Assembly: GCA_035629395.1 (NCBI GenBank)
Contig: DASPHZ010000056.1
Span: forward strand, 38,905 to 70,904
DNA from: Thermoanaerobaculia bacterium
Lineage (GTDB): Bacteria; Acidobacteriota; Thermoanaerobaculia; Gp7-AA8
Length of the DNA: 32,000 nt
Reading direction: 5' to 3'
A program made the translations under genes and the position numbers. The notes beneath the pieces were generated by a model. It saw only the letters and a program-made list of their open reading frames with translations. It made no database searches and had not been told where the DNA came from. Below, in pieces: positions 15,756 through 23,403 of this stretch. How positions within the stretch are numbered: position 1 is the stretch's first letter; every line of letters begins with the position of its first letter.

Positions 15756-16721
15756 ATGGCGACCCTCGAAGATCAACCGACCCGGCGCAGGAGCGACGAC
15801 GAGTTGCGCGGTGAGCCGCTGCGGGTTCTGGCCGTCGATGACGACCGCATGTACCTCAAGCGTCTCCGCCTCGTGCTCACGCGTGCCGGATTCGACGTCG
15901 TGACGGCGGACGACGGCGCCGCGGCCATCGAGCGCCTCCGGCAGGACCGCGACATCAGCGTCCTCCTCATCGATCTCTCCATGCCCGGCATGGACGGCAT
16001 CGAGACCGTGCGTCACGCGCGGGACGTCTCGGCGTTTCCCGGCCTCTACGCGATCCTGCTCACGGCCAGTGACGGCACCGAGGTGAAGCTGCGGGCGCTC
16101 GACAGCGGGCTGGATGATTTCCTGACCAAGAGCTCGCCCGATTCGGAGATCCTCGCGAAATTGCGCAGTGCGGCGCGACGCATTGAAATGGAGCGGCGCC
16201 TGCACCTCGAAAACGAGGAGCTGCAGACGCTCGCTCTCACGGATGAGCTGACCGGCATCGCCAACCGCCGCGCCCTCTTCCGCGCCGCCGACGCCATCCT
16301 CTCATCGGGGAAGACCCTCAGCGTAGCCCTCTTCGATCTCGACCGCTTCAAGCAGATCAACGACACCTACGGTCACCTCATGGGCGACCGCATCCTCGCG
16401 GACGTCGCGGCGTGCCTCAAGCAGCACACCCGCGTCGACGATTTGATCGCGCGCTACGGCGGCGACGAGTTCGTGCTGCTTCTCCCGGATACGAACATGG
16501 GCGAGGCGCGCCAGATCGTCGACCGCATCCGCACCCGCATCGCCGATTTGCGGTGGGAGCACGCCGGCCGCTCGATCTGCATCGCGGTCGGCACCGGCCT
16601 CTCGACCGCAGGCAGCGGCAGCAGCATCGTGACCCTGCTGGCGGAGTCGGATGCGAAGCTGTATGACGCGAAGATGTGCCGCGACTCAGGGGAGGGGGCG
16701 GAGCTCGGGCTCAGCCTCTAG
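15756..16721 (+). CDS. Response-regulator receiver + GGDEF diguanylate cyclase (PleD/WspR-like)
   Basis: Start ATG 15756 (MATLEDQ...) within track ORF 15651..16721. REC domain (RVLAVDDD...LLIDLSMPGMDG...LTKS), coiled linker, GGDEF domain with intact YGGDEF, and an RxxD I-site (RVDD) five residues upstream. Confidence 0.9.
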   Translation: MATLEDQPTRRRSDDELRGEPLRVLAVDDDRMYLKRLRLVLTRAGFDVVTADDGAAAIERLRQDRDISVLLIDLSMPGMDGIETVRHARDVSAFPGLYAILLTASDGTEVKLRALDSGLDDFLTKSSPDSEILAKLRSAARRIEMERRLHLENEELQTLALTDELTGIANRRALFRAADAILSSGKTLSVALFDLDRFKQINDTYGHLMGDRILADVAACLKQHTRVDDLIARYGGDEFVLLLPDTNMGEARQIVDRIRTRIADLRWEHAGRSICIAVGTGLSTAGSGSSIVTLLAESDAKLYDAKMCRDSGEGAELGLSL

Positions 16722-17552
16722 GTACTCCGACCGCACTTCCTCCGCCCACTGGGAATCGGGATCGAGCTTCAGATACTCGTTCCAGACGGCGTTCGCCTCG
16801 TGCTCGCGCCTGAGCGTTTGCAGGGCGAGGCCGCGATTCCATAACGCCTTGGGGGATTTCGTGCGGTTCCAGACTTCGTCGGCGAGCGCGAGCGCGCGAT
16901 GTGCGTCCGGTTGATCGTCACCGGCACGATACGCGTTGCGCTCCAGCAGAGCCGCGGAGAGATCGATCGTGATCGCATCACGGTCCCGCGCATCGGCTTT
17001 TGCGAGTGCCTCCTGCAGTTCGGCGACCGCCGCGTCGTACTCCGGACGCGTCGTCGCGAGCATCAGCAGGCCCAGCCCGCGTGTCCATCGGTTCGGGCGT
17101 AGCGACGCTTCGTTGTTGCCGAGGATGACGGCGATGCGGGCAGTCTCAGAGTCTTCGACTCCGCCCCGCATCCGGTCATGTTTCAGGTACGGAACGGGCA
17201 GCGAGAGCTGGCCCTCAGTCGGACGTTCTACGAGCGTGCCCGACGCGGCCACGAGCGCGCCCGGGTTGATGCCGAACACCTTGTACCGCACGTCCGGAAT
17301 CAAAAACACCGCCCCCACCGCCGCGGCCGCCGCGAGCGGCGCCAGCCATCGCCCTCCGAACCGAGGGCGCACCAGATTCGCCGGCTCCTCGAACGCGACA
17401 TCCGTCGCCATCAACACGACATCCCGGCAGTCCGCGCACACGTTCATGTGCTCGATCACCATCGCGCGCTTCTCTTCGCTGGCGCGGTCATCAACGAAGG
17501 CGGCCAGCGTCTCGTCATCGGGGTGGTACAGTTCTAAAACGGGAGCAGTCAT
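16686..17552 (-). CDS. Anti-sigma factor (zf-HC2 N-terminus, one TM helix, TPR-like C-terminal domain)
   Basis: Track ORF. HxxxCxxC motif in EHMNVCADCRD, TM helix WLAPLAAAAAVGAVFLI. The start overlaps the sigma-factor stop (ATGA at 17549-17552). Its 3' end overlaps the convergent GGDEF gene by 36 nt. Confidence 0.8.
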   Translation of the reverse strand: MTAPVLELYHPDDETLAAFVDDRASEEKRAMVIEHMNVCADCRDVVLMATDVAFEEPANLVRPRFGGRWLAPLAAAAAVGAVFLIPDVRYKVFGINPGALVAASGTLVERPTEGQLSLPVPYLKHDRMRGGVEDSETARIAVILGNNEASLRPNRWTRGLGLLMLATTRPEYDAAVAELQEALAKADARDRDAITIDLSAALLERNAYRAGDDQPDAHRALALADEVWNRTKSPKALWNRGLALQTLRREHEANAVWNEYLKLDPDSQWAEEVRSEYLEAEPELRPLP

Positions 17553-18415
17553 CCGAGTCCCCCCTGGCCGCCTCGAGCTCCCTCGCCACTTTCATTGGAG
17601 AGACGCATGGACGCGATTTCCGCGGTCGTGACGAGCTCGAGCCTCAGCTCCTGGTCCCCATGCACCAGCAGCCCCGCCACATCCGACTGACTCACTCCCG
17701 CCCTCTCGAGGCCGCGGCGCAGCTCGACGTAGAGCTGGTCCAGCCTCTTGTAGATCTTCTTCTGGTCCATGTGCAACACGCGCGCGATCTCCGGCACCTT
17801 CCGCACGTACCAGAAACGCAGGAGCAGCATCAAACGATCCTGCGACGGCAAAGTCTTCAGAATGTCGTCGATCGTCCGCGCCGCGCGCCGCATCGCCTGC
17901 TCACGATCGCCCCGTTCCACGCGGTCGTGCGCGTCGGACTCGACCGCTACCGCATCCGGCAGAACGTCACTCGAGATCTCCATCGGCCGCGGATTGCGAT
18001 GCGGCAGGCGAATGTAAATCGCCTCCAGCTCCGGAATCGTGAACTGTGAGCCCGCCGGCGTGGTCAGGATGTACACCGCCTCGTGAAACGAATAGCCGTC
18101 GCGGAACAGCAGACGCTCGAGCAGGATGGCCTTGTCGCCGATCCGCTTCGCCTCCGCCGACGGCCGCCATTTCCCCCACTCCTCCACCCGCCGCTGATGC
18201 AGCAGGCGCGTGATGACGGTGGTGAGGTACGTGGAGAACGAGCTCTCCCCCTTGAACTTCCGGATGATCCCGCAGTCGTCCTCATAAATCCGGACGCAGA
18301 CCTCCTGCACGAAATCCTCGGATTCCTGCGGATTGAGGTGGCCCCGGCGCGCGACGCTCGCCGCGATGCGCCTGATGGTCGGGAGGTGCTCGTCGTAGAC
18401 CTTCTTCGGATCCAT
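17549..18415 (-). CDS. RNA polymerase sigma-70 family factor (ECF-like, extended)
   Basis: Track ORF, 288 aa. Region-2-like ESEDFVQEVCVRIYED...FSTYLTTVITRLL and region-4 HTH LLLRFWYVRKVPEIARVLHMDQKKIYKRLDQ. Translationally coupled to the downstream anti-sigma gene. Confidence 0.85.
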   Translation of the reverse strand: MDPKKVYDEHLPTIRRIAASVARRGHLNPQESEDFVQEVCVRIYEDDCGIIRKFKGESSFSTYLTTVITRLLHQRRVEEWGKWRPSAEAKRIGDKAILLERLLFRDGYSFHEAVYILTTPAGSQFTIPELEAIYIRLPHRNPRPMEISSDVLPDAVAVESDAHDRVERGDREQAMRRAARTIDDILKTLPSQDRLMLLLRFWYVRKVPEIARVLHMDQKKIYKRLDQLYVELRRGLERAGVSQSDVAGLLVHGDQELRLELVTTAEIASMRLSNESGEGARGGQGGLG

Positions 18416-18493
18416 CCCCTGCCGCGCTCACTCACATGTTTTCGGAAGCATGCGCAGTCTAGCAGCAAGGGAGCCTCTAAGCGTCAAAGGCGG

Positions 18494-18523
18494 AGGGACG
18501 GCCTTCCGGCCGTCCCTGTTTTG
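18494..18523. terminator. 10-bp GC hairpin with flanking A/T tracts, directly after the 18524 stop
   Basis: AGGGACGGCC ttcc GGCCGTCCCT followed by gttttg on the + strand. On the minus strand it directly follows the stop of the 18524..18817 gene (caaaac-hairpin-ccgcctttg). Possibly bidirectional. Confidence 0.55.
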
Positions 18524-18817
18524 TCACTCCTCGCGCCCCTTCTTCACCGAAGTCACGTCGTCGGTGCCGTCGAGGCGGCTGATGCCCGGTTTGGTCTGAT
18601 GGCCGCCGTGCGCGTTCTCGCGTCCCTGCCGTTCGTCCATCTTCGCGCCGGTGCGGCGAGCCTCGTTCTGCTCGACCGTCAGCCCGCGCGGACCTTCGTA
18701 CTGATGCCCGTGCGCCAGGCTTCCCTTCACCGTGTGAATCACGCGATTTCCGTCGATGCGCGTCTTGCGGTCCTGCGATCCAACCTTCGGATCGGGACCG
18801 CTCTGGTCGTCTCTCAT
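18524..18817 (-). CDS. Small (97 aa) highly hydrophilic protein, function unknown (stress-protein-like composition)
   Basis: In-frame part of track ORF 18524..19141. ATG 18817 is preceded by GGAGGAcacacga. MRDDQSGPDPKVGSQDRKTRIDGNRVIHTVKGSLAHGHQYEGPRGLTVEQNEARRTGAKMDERQGRENAHGGHQTKPGISRLDGTDDVTSVKKGREE. A hairpin follows the stop. Confidence 0.65.
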   Translation of the reverse strand: MRDDQSGPDPKVGSQDRKTRIDGNRVIHTVKGSLAHGHQYEGPRGLTVEQNEARRTGAKMDERQGRENAHGGHQTKPGISRLDGTDDVTSVKKGREE

Positions 18818-18877
18818 TCGTGTGTCCTCCGCCGTCAGAAAGAGCAATCCGCACGCCGTTTGCACCCGTTGCAAGCC

Positions 18878-19201
18878 GTGCAGAAAGAAATCGAGCGCAA
18901 CGACTGGCCGGTATTTTTCGAGTCCTTCACTCTCTCGCACGATCACTGGCTCGTGAGCGTCGACGGAGAGAAGGAGACTCTGCCGCTGGAAGGGATCATC
19001 GCCCGCGAAGATCAGATCGTCATCCGTCTGGGCGGCGACATCAGTCATCACCGCCGCATCGTCATCGACGGCGACCGCGTGACGGTGCAGCAGCGGAACG
19101 GCGTCGACGAAGGTGTAACCATCCTCTCGAAAGACGGACACACGACGCGACTGCAGTTCCGCTCCCCCATGCCGCCGGAGCTCGTGGACGGGATCGCATG
19201 A
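18878..19201 (+). CDS. Small DUF5335-like protein (start uncertain: TTG 18860, TTG 18869 or GTG 18878)
   Basis: C-terminal part of track ORF 18083..19201: (V)QKEIERNDWPVFFESFTLSHDHWLVSVDGEKETLPLEGIIAREDQIVIRLGGDISHHRRIVIDGDRVTVQQRNGVDEGVTILSKDGHTTRLQFRSPMPPELVDG. Its stop overlaps the next ATG (ATGA at 19198-19201). The family call is from memory only. Confidence 0.6.
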   Translation: MQKEIERNDWPVFFESFTLSHDHWLVSVDGEKETLPLEGIIAREDQIVIRLGGDISHHRRIVIDGDRVTVQQRNGVDEGVTILSKDGHTTRLQFRSPMPPELVDGIA

Positions 19202-20499
19202 ATCTCGACGCGCTGCGCGGCGCCATGCATCCCGTGACCGGCGATCCGGGCGATTACGACGCGCTGCTCGAACAGATCGGCGACGCGCGCATCGTCTGCA
19301 TCGGCGAGGCTTCGCACGGCACGCACGAGTTCTATAGCGAGCGCGCGAAGATCACGAAACGCCTCATCGACGAGAAAGGCTTCAACGCCGTGGCCGTCGA
19401 AGCGGACTGGCCGGACGCGTTTCGCGTGAACCGCTTCGTGCGCGGACAAAGCGACGACGTCGGCGCGATCGAGGCGCTGGATGGATTCAAAGCGCGCTTC
19501 CCGACCTGGATGTGGCGCAATGCGGACGTGCTCGACTTCGTCGGCTGGCTGCGCGCGTTCAACGACGCCATCGAAGACGAATCGCAGCGCGCGGGCTTCT
19601 ACGGCATCGATCTCTATTCGCTCTTCTCGTCGATGGAGGCCGTGATCCGCCATCTCGAAGAGATCGACCCGCAGGCCGCGAAACGCGCGCGCGAGCGCTA
19701 CTCCTGTTTCGACCATTACGGCGAGGAAGCACAGTCGTACGGCTACGCCGCCGCGTTCGGCGCGGGCGAGTCGTGTCAGGAAGAGGTGGTCAAGCAGTTG
19801 ACTGAATTGACGCGCCGCGCCGCGGAGTCGGAAGAGTTCTTCTCCGCCGAACAGAACGCGCGGCTCGTGGCAAACGCGGAGGAGTACTACCGGTCGATGT
19901 TCGCGGGGCGGGTTTCGTCATGGAACCTGCGGGACCGGCACATGGGCGAGACCATCGAGGCGCTGGTGGAGTTCCTCACACAGCACACCGGCCGGGCCAA
20001 AGTCGTCGTCTGGGCCCACAACTCCCACCTCGGCGACGCCCGCTTCACCGAGATGGGGCAGCAGGGCGAGCTGAATGTCGGCCAGCTCATGCGCGAGCGC
20101 TACAACGAGGAGGCGTTTCTCATCGGCTTCAGCACCTACACCGGGACGGTCACGGCCGCTGACGACTGGGACTCTCCCGCCGATCGCAAACGCGTGCGCC
20201 CCGCTCTCCGCGGCAGCTATGAAGACCTCCTGCATCTCGTCTCGACGTCGCCGTACTACCTCACCTTCCGCGGCGAAAGCGTGGCCGCGCAGGAGCTGCG
20301 CGAGGCGCGCCTGCAACGCGCGATCGGTGTGATCTACCGCCCCGACACCGAACGCCAGAGCCACTACTTTCACGCCCAGCTCCCCTACCAGTTCGACGCC
20401 ATGATCCACTTCGAGGAGACGAGAGCGGTGGAGCCACTCGAACGCACCGCGCGCTGGCACGAAGGCGAGCCGCCGGAGACGTATCCGACGGGGATCTGA
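19198..20499 (+). CDS. Erythromycin esterase (EreA/ChaN-like) family protein
   Basis: Start ATG 19198 within track ORF 18820..20499. MNLDALRGAMHPVTGDPGDYDALLEQIGDARIVCIGEASHGTHEFYSERAKITKRLIDEKGFNAVAVEADWPDAFRVNRFV...VVWAHNSHLGDAR... is typical of the family (IGEASHGTHEF, AHNxH). Confidence 0.85.
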   Translation: MNLDALRGAMHPVTGDPGDYDALLEQIGDARIVCIGEASHGTHEFYSERAKITKRLIDEKGFNAVAVEADWPDAFRVNRFVRGQSDDVGAIEALDGFKARFPTWMWRNADVLDFVGWLRAFNDAIEDESQRAGFYGIDLYSLFSSMEAVIRHLEEIDPQAAKRARERYSCFDHYGEEAQSYGYAAAFGAGESCQEEVVKQLTELTRRAAESEEFFSAEQNARLVANAEEYYRSMFAGRVSSWNLRDRHMGETIEALVEFLTQHTGRAKVVVWAHNSHLGDARFTEMGQQGELNVGQLMRERYNEEAFLIGFSTYTGTVTAADDWDSPADRKRVRPALRGSYEDLLHLVSTSPYYLTFRGESVAAQELREARLQRAIGVIYRPDTERQSHYFHAQLPYQFDAMIHFEETRAVEPLERTARWHEGEPPETYPTGI

Positions 20500-20502
20500 C
20501 GG

Positions 20503-20947
20503 GTGAGAGCGGTAGAGCTGTAAAGCTGTAAAGCCAGGGAGCTGTTGAGCCCTTGAGCCGTTGAGCTGTTGAGGAGACGGTGGCAGTGCGGTGTGAGCGG
20601 CATCCGTCTGGTTCTGGTCACGTGCAGTTGGAGCCGTCGACACCCGCCACGGCAACCAATGGAGCCCCCGAGTCCAACGCGCGTGCTCCAAGTTCCTCGA
20701 CGCCATCCACGGCCCCCAACCCTCTCTCGCGACGCCCTGCCACCGTCTCCTCAACGGCTCAACAGCTCAACAGCCAATCCCCAAACGCGCGTGCTCCGAG
20801 CTCCTCAAACGCGATCCACGGCCAGCTCGCGACGCCCTGCCACCGTCTCCTCAACGGCTCAACAGCCCAACAGCCTCGAGCTGTAACTCTGCAGGGCCAT
20901 CGAGCGCCCGAGCCCCTTTACAGCTCTACAGCTCTAAAACTCTACAG
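20503..20947. repeat. About 445-bp composite repeat region: outer arms of the same 8-nt unit family as 10291-10486, a 13-bp inverted repeat, and an internal about 100-bp tandem duplication
   Basis: Left arm: gtgagagc ggtagagc tgtaaagc tgtaaagc cagggagc tgttgagc ccttgagc cgttgagc tgttgagg. GAGACGGTGGCAG (20574-20586) is mirrored by CTGCCACCGTCTC at 20737-20749 and 20837-20849. Right arm: ctcaacggctcaacagcccaacagcc...cctttacagctctacagctctaaaactctacag. A 41-nt exact repeat occurs at 20726-20766 and 20826-20866. Confidence 0.85.
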
Positions 20948-20962
20948 TTCCCCCGCCCACCC

Positions 20963-20991
20963 TTGACATCCACTCACTTTAGACTTAATCT
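20963..20991 (+). promoter_or_regulatory. Sigma-70-like promoter (TTGACA, 17 bp, TAATCT) placing the TSS at or near the GTG start of the Fur-family gene; dyad TTAGA-cttaa-TCTAA overlaps the -10
   Basis: TTGACA at 20963-20968, 17-nt spacer, TAATCT at 20986-20991, GTG at 20999. Inverted repeat at 20979-20993. No SD is visible. Confidence 0.45.
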
Positions 20992-20998
20992 AATACTC

Positions 20999-21403
20999 GT
21001 GAGCGTCGAAACAACCCTCCGCCACCACGGCATCCAGCCTTCCGCCCAGCGGGTGGCGGTGGCGTCCTACGTTCTCACCACCGCCGAGCACCCCTCGGCC
21101 GATCTCGTCTGGCGGCGCGTGAAAGAGAGCTTTCCGTGGATCTCCCGCGCGACCGTCTACAACACCCTCAACCTCTTCGTCGATAAAGGGCTGCTGCAGA
21201 GGCTGACGATCGCCGAGGACAGCGTCGTCTTCGATCCCATCCTCGAAACGCACCACCACTTCATCGACGAATCCACCGGCGCGATCCACGACGTTCCGTG
21301 GGATCGCGTGCAAGTCTGCAACATCGAATCGCTGCGTGATTACGAGGTGCACCAGTACCAGGTAGTCATGCGCGGAACATTGAAAGTACAAGGAGAGAAG
21401 TAA
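20999..21403 (+). CDS. Fur-family transcriptional regulator (PerR/Fur-like, adjacent to ahpCD)
   Basis: Track ORF begins at TTG 20963, which is really the -35 box. Start set at GTG 20999 (VSVETTLRHHGIQPSAQRVAVASYVLTTAEHPSADLVWRRVKESFPWISRATVYNTLNLFVDKGLL...HHHFIDESTG...). Winged-helix plus dimerisation domain. The usual C-terminal CxxC pairs are not evident. Confidence 0.8.
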   Translation: MSVETTLRHHGIQPSAQRVAVASYVLTTAEHPSADLVWRRVKESFPWISRATVYNTLNLFVDKGLLQRLTIAEDSVVFDPILETHHHFIDESTGAIHDVPWDRVQVCNIESLRDYEVHQYQVVMRGTLKVQGEK

Positions 21404-21405
21404 AC

Positions 21406-21942
21406 ATGTTGACCGTAGGCGATCAGTTCCCCCAGTTCTCCGTCACCGCGAACGTCGGCCGCGAAAAGGGCAAGGAGTTCAAGACCCTCACGAACGCCGA
21501 TTTCGCCGATAAGTGGCTCGTCTTCTACGCCTATCCGAAGGACTTCACCTTCATCTGCCCGACCGAGATCGTCGAGTTCGGCAAGCACACGCAGGATTTC
21601 GCTGATCGTGACGCGGTCGTCCTCGGCGGCTCCACCGACAACGAGTTCTCGCACCTCGCGTGGCGCAATGCGCATCCCGATCTGGCCGACCTGCCGACGC
21701 CGCTCGTGCACATCAATCCGAGCCTCGCGAACCAGCTCGGCATCATCCACAAGGAAGGCGGCGTGGCACTGCGCGTGACGTTCGTCGTCGATCCGCAGGG
21801 CACTATCCGCTGGGTCGGCGCGTACGACCTCTCGGTCGGCCGCAACGTCCCCGAGGTCCTGCGCACGCTCGACGCGCTGCAGTCCGATGAGCTCTGCCCC
21901 TGCAACTGGCAGAAGGGCGAAGAAACGATCAAGGTGGCGTAA
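21406..21942 (+). CDS. ahpC: Peroxiredoxin, AhpC/Prx1 subfamily
   Basis: Track ORF. FYAYPKDFTFICPTE peroxidatic Cys motif, resolving Cys region DELCPCNW. RBS AAGGAGAG. Overlaps ahpD as TAATG. Confidence 0.92.
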   Translation: MLTVGDQFPQFSVTANVGREKGKEFKTLTNADFADKWLVFYAYPKDFTFICPTEIVEFGKHTQDFADRDAVVLGGSTDNEFSHLAWRNAHPDLADLPTPLVHINPSLANQLGIIHKEGGVALRVTFVVDPQGTIRWVGAYDLSVGRNVPEVLRTLDALQSDELCPCNWQKGEETIKVA

Positions 21943-22484
21943 TGAGCCGCATCGAAGAGCTCCGCGCCTCCATTCCGGAGGCGGCCAAAGACATCAAGCT
22001 CAACCTGCAGAGCGTTCTGCAGCCGGGAGCTCTCACGCCGGCCCAGCGCTGGGGTGTGGCGATCGCTTCGGCGGTCGCCACCCGCAACGCGGCCCTGCGT
22101 GAGGCCGTCATCGCCGACGGCCGCGCGGAAGTCGCCGCGGCGGTCATCGACGACGCGCTTGCCGCGGCGGCGCTGATGGCGATGAACAATGTCTACTACC
22201 GCTTCCGTCACATGATCGGCAAAGAGTCGTACTCGCAGATGCCGGCCCGCCTGCGCATGCAGCGCATCGCCAGGCCCGCGTCGAACAAGGCCGACTTCGA
22301 GCTGTTCTGCCTCGCCGTCAGCGCGATCAACGGCTGCGAGATGTGCATTCGTTCGCACGAGGAAGTGGTCCTGGAGGGCGGGATTTCCGAGGAGCAGGTG
22401 CACGACGCCGTGCGCATCGCCGCGACCATCAACGCGGCGGCCGTGGCGCTCGAGCTGCCGGTCCTCGAAACTGCCATGGCGTGA
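21942..22484 (+). CDS. ahpD: Alkyl hydroperoxide reductase AhpD (carboxymuconolactone decarboxylase fold)
   Basis: Track ORF. Catalytic CxxC in AINGCEMCIRSHE. Classic ahpC-ahpD pairing. Confidence 0.9.
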   Translation: MSRIEELRASIPEAAKDIKLNLQSVLQPGALTPAQRWGVAIASAVATRNAALREAVIADGRAEVAAAVIDDALAAAALMAMNNVYYRFRHMIGKESYSQMPARLRMQRIARPASNKADFELFCLAVSAINGCEMCIRSHEEVVLEGGISEEQVHDAVRIAATINAAAVALELPVLETAMA

Positions 22485-22491
22485 TGACGTG

Positions 22492-22514
22492 GCGACGGCC
22501 CGGGCGGCCGTCGC
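22492..22514. terminator. 9-bp GC hairpin between convergent ahpD and BON genes
   Basis: GCGACGGCC cgggc GGCCGTCGC in the 36-nt convergent gap. No U-tracts. Confidence 0.5.
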
Positions 22515-22520
22515 TACCCT

Positions 22521-22913
22521 TCACCGCGCGACGCGCAGGTCGTTCTGCACGTCCTTTACGCCGCGCACGCTCTCACAGATGTCCTCGGCCACGCGTTTCG
22601 CGTAGCGCTCGTGCACCGTGCCGCTGAGCGTGACCACGCCGCCAGCGACGTTGACCTCGATGTCCGTCGCGTCGACGTCGTGATCCATCGTCAGGCGCTC
22701 GCACACCTCTTCGCGGATGCGCTCGTCGGAACGCTGGTAATTCTTCGGTCCGCGCCCGCGAAAAGACTCGCGATCGGAGCCGCTGCCGATGTTCCACCCG
22801 CGATCCGCGGAGCTCTCGAGGTCGCTGTAGCCACGCGGCCGCGGACGAGGCTCCTGCATGAAACCTTCGCCTTCGTATCCGAACATCCCGCGGTTGCGTT
22901 GATCGTTCGCCAT
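22521..22913 (-). CDS. BON-domain protein (OsmY-like), 130 aa
   Basis: Start ATG 22913, preceded by GGAGGAGGcatcg. MANDQRNRGMFGYEGEGF... is a disordered Gly/Arg-rich N-terminus, followed by a BON domain (RIREEVCERLTMDHDVDATDIEVNVAGGVVTLSGTVHERYAKRVAEDICESVRGVKDVQNDLRV). Confidence 0.85.
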   Translation of the reverse strand: MANDQRNRGMFGYEGEGFMQEPRPRPRGYSDLESSADRGWNIGSGSDRESFRGRGPKNYQRSDERIREEVCERLTMDHDVDATDIEVNVAGGVVTLSGTVHERYAKRVAEDICESVRGVKDVQNDLRVAR

Positions 22914-22957
22914 CGATGCCTCCTCCGTCTCAATGGCAGCAACTACAATGCCTTTCG

Positions 22958-23377
22958 ATGGCGCAAGTGCAGGGTTGCCGGTGGTGCAAGGGGGCGGTGA
23001 GCGGACGCCGGCGCACCTTCTGTTCCGACGCGTGCGTGCACGAGTGGCGGCTGCGATCGAGCCCGACCTATCTCCGTGAGTGTGTCTTCGACCGCGACAA
23101 AGGCGTCTGTGCCTTGTGCGGCTATGACGCGCACAAAGAGCGCCGCAAAGTGATGCGCCTGCCATTTGCGGAACGGATGCGCGAACTGAAGAGGCTGCAG
23201 GAGCACGGCATCATCCATCCGAAACGCAAATCATGGTGGGAGGCCGATCACATCCTGCCCGTCGTCGAAGGCGGCGACTCCAATCTCGAAAACATGAGGA
23301 CGCTCTGCATCCCCTGCCATCGCGGAGTGACGACGGAGCTGCGCCTGCGCCGCCGGCCGGTACAGTCCTTGAACTGA
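22958..23377 (+). CDS. Small stand-alone HNH endonuclease (139 aa)
   Basis: Track ORF 22916..23377; internal ATG 22958 preferred (MAQVQGCRWCKG...). Zn-ribbon-like CxxC...CxxxC N-terminus. HNH core WWEADHILPVVEGGDSNLENMRTLCIPCH. Confidence 0.8.
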   Translation: MAQVQGCRWCKGAVSGRRRTFCSDACVHEWRLRSSPTYLRECVFDRDKGVCALCGYDAHKERRKVMRLPFAERMRELKRLQEHGIIHPKRKSWWEADHILPVVEGGDSNLENMRTLCIPCHRGVTTELRLRRRPVQSLN

Positions 23378-23403
23378 CACGCTCCGACAACAAAGGAGCA
23401 CTC

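Noticed and set aside
18456-18487. TTGACG ... TAGACT as the promoter of the sigma-factor operon
   Set aside because: The spacer between the hexamers is 20 nt, too long for a standard sigma-70 promoter, and I could not find an ECF-type GGAAC/CGTT pair.
19198-20499. Calling the erythromycin-esterase-family gene a macrolide resistance determinant
   Set aside because: The family (EreA/ChaN-like) is broad and most members are not demonstrated resistance enzymes. There is no mobile-element context here.
20580-20966. 128-aa ORF (and overlapping 105-aa and 78-aa ORFs) inside the repeat region
   Set aside because: The amino-acid sequences are direct translations of the tandem units (STAQQLNS, LYSSTALKLYS). 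There is no RBS and no domain, and all three frames are open for the same reason.
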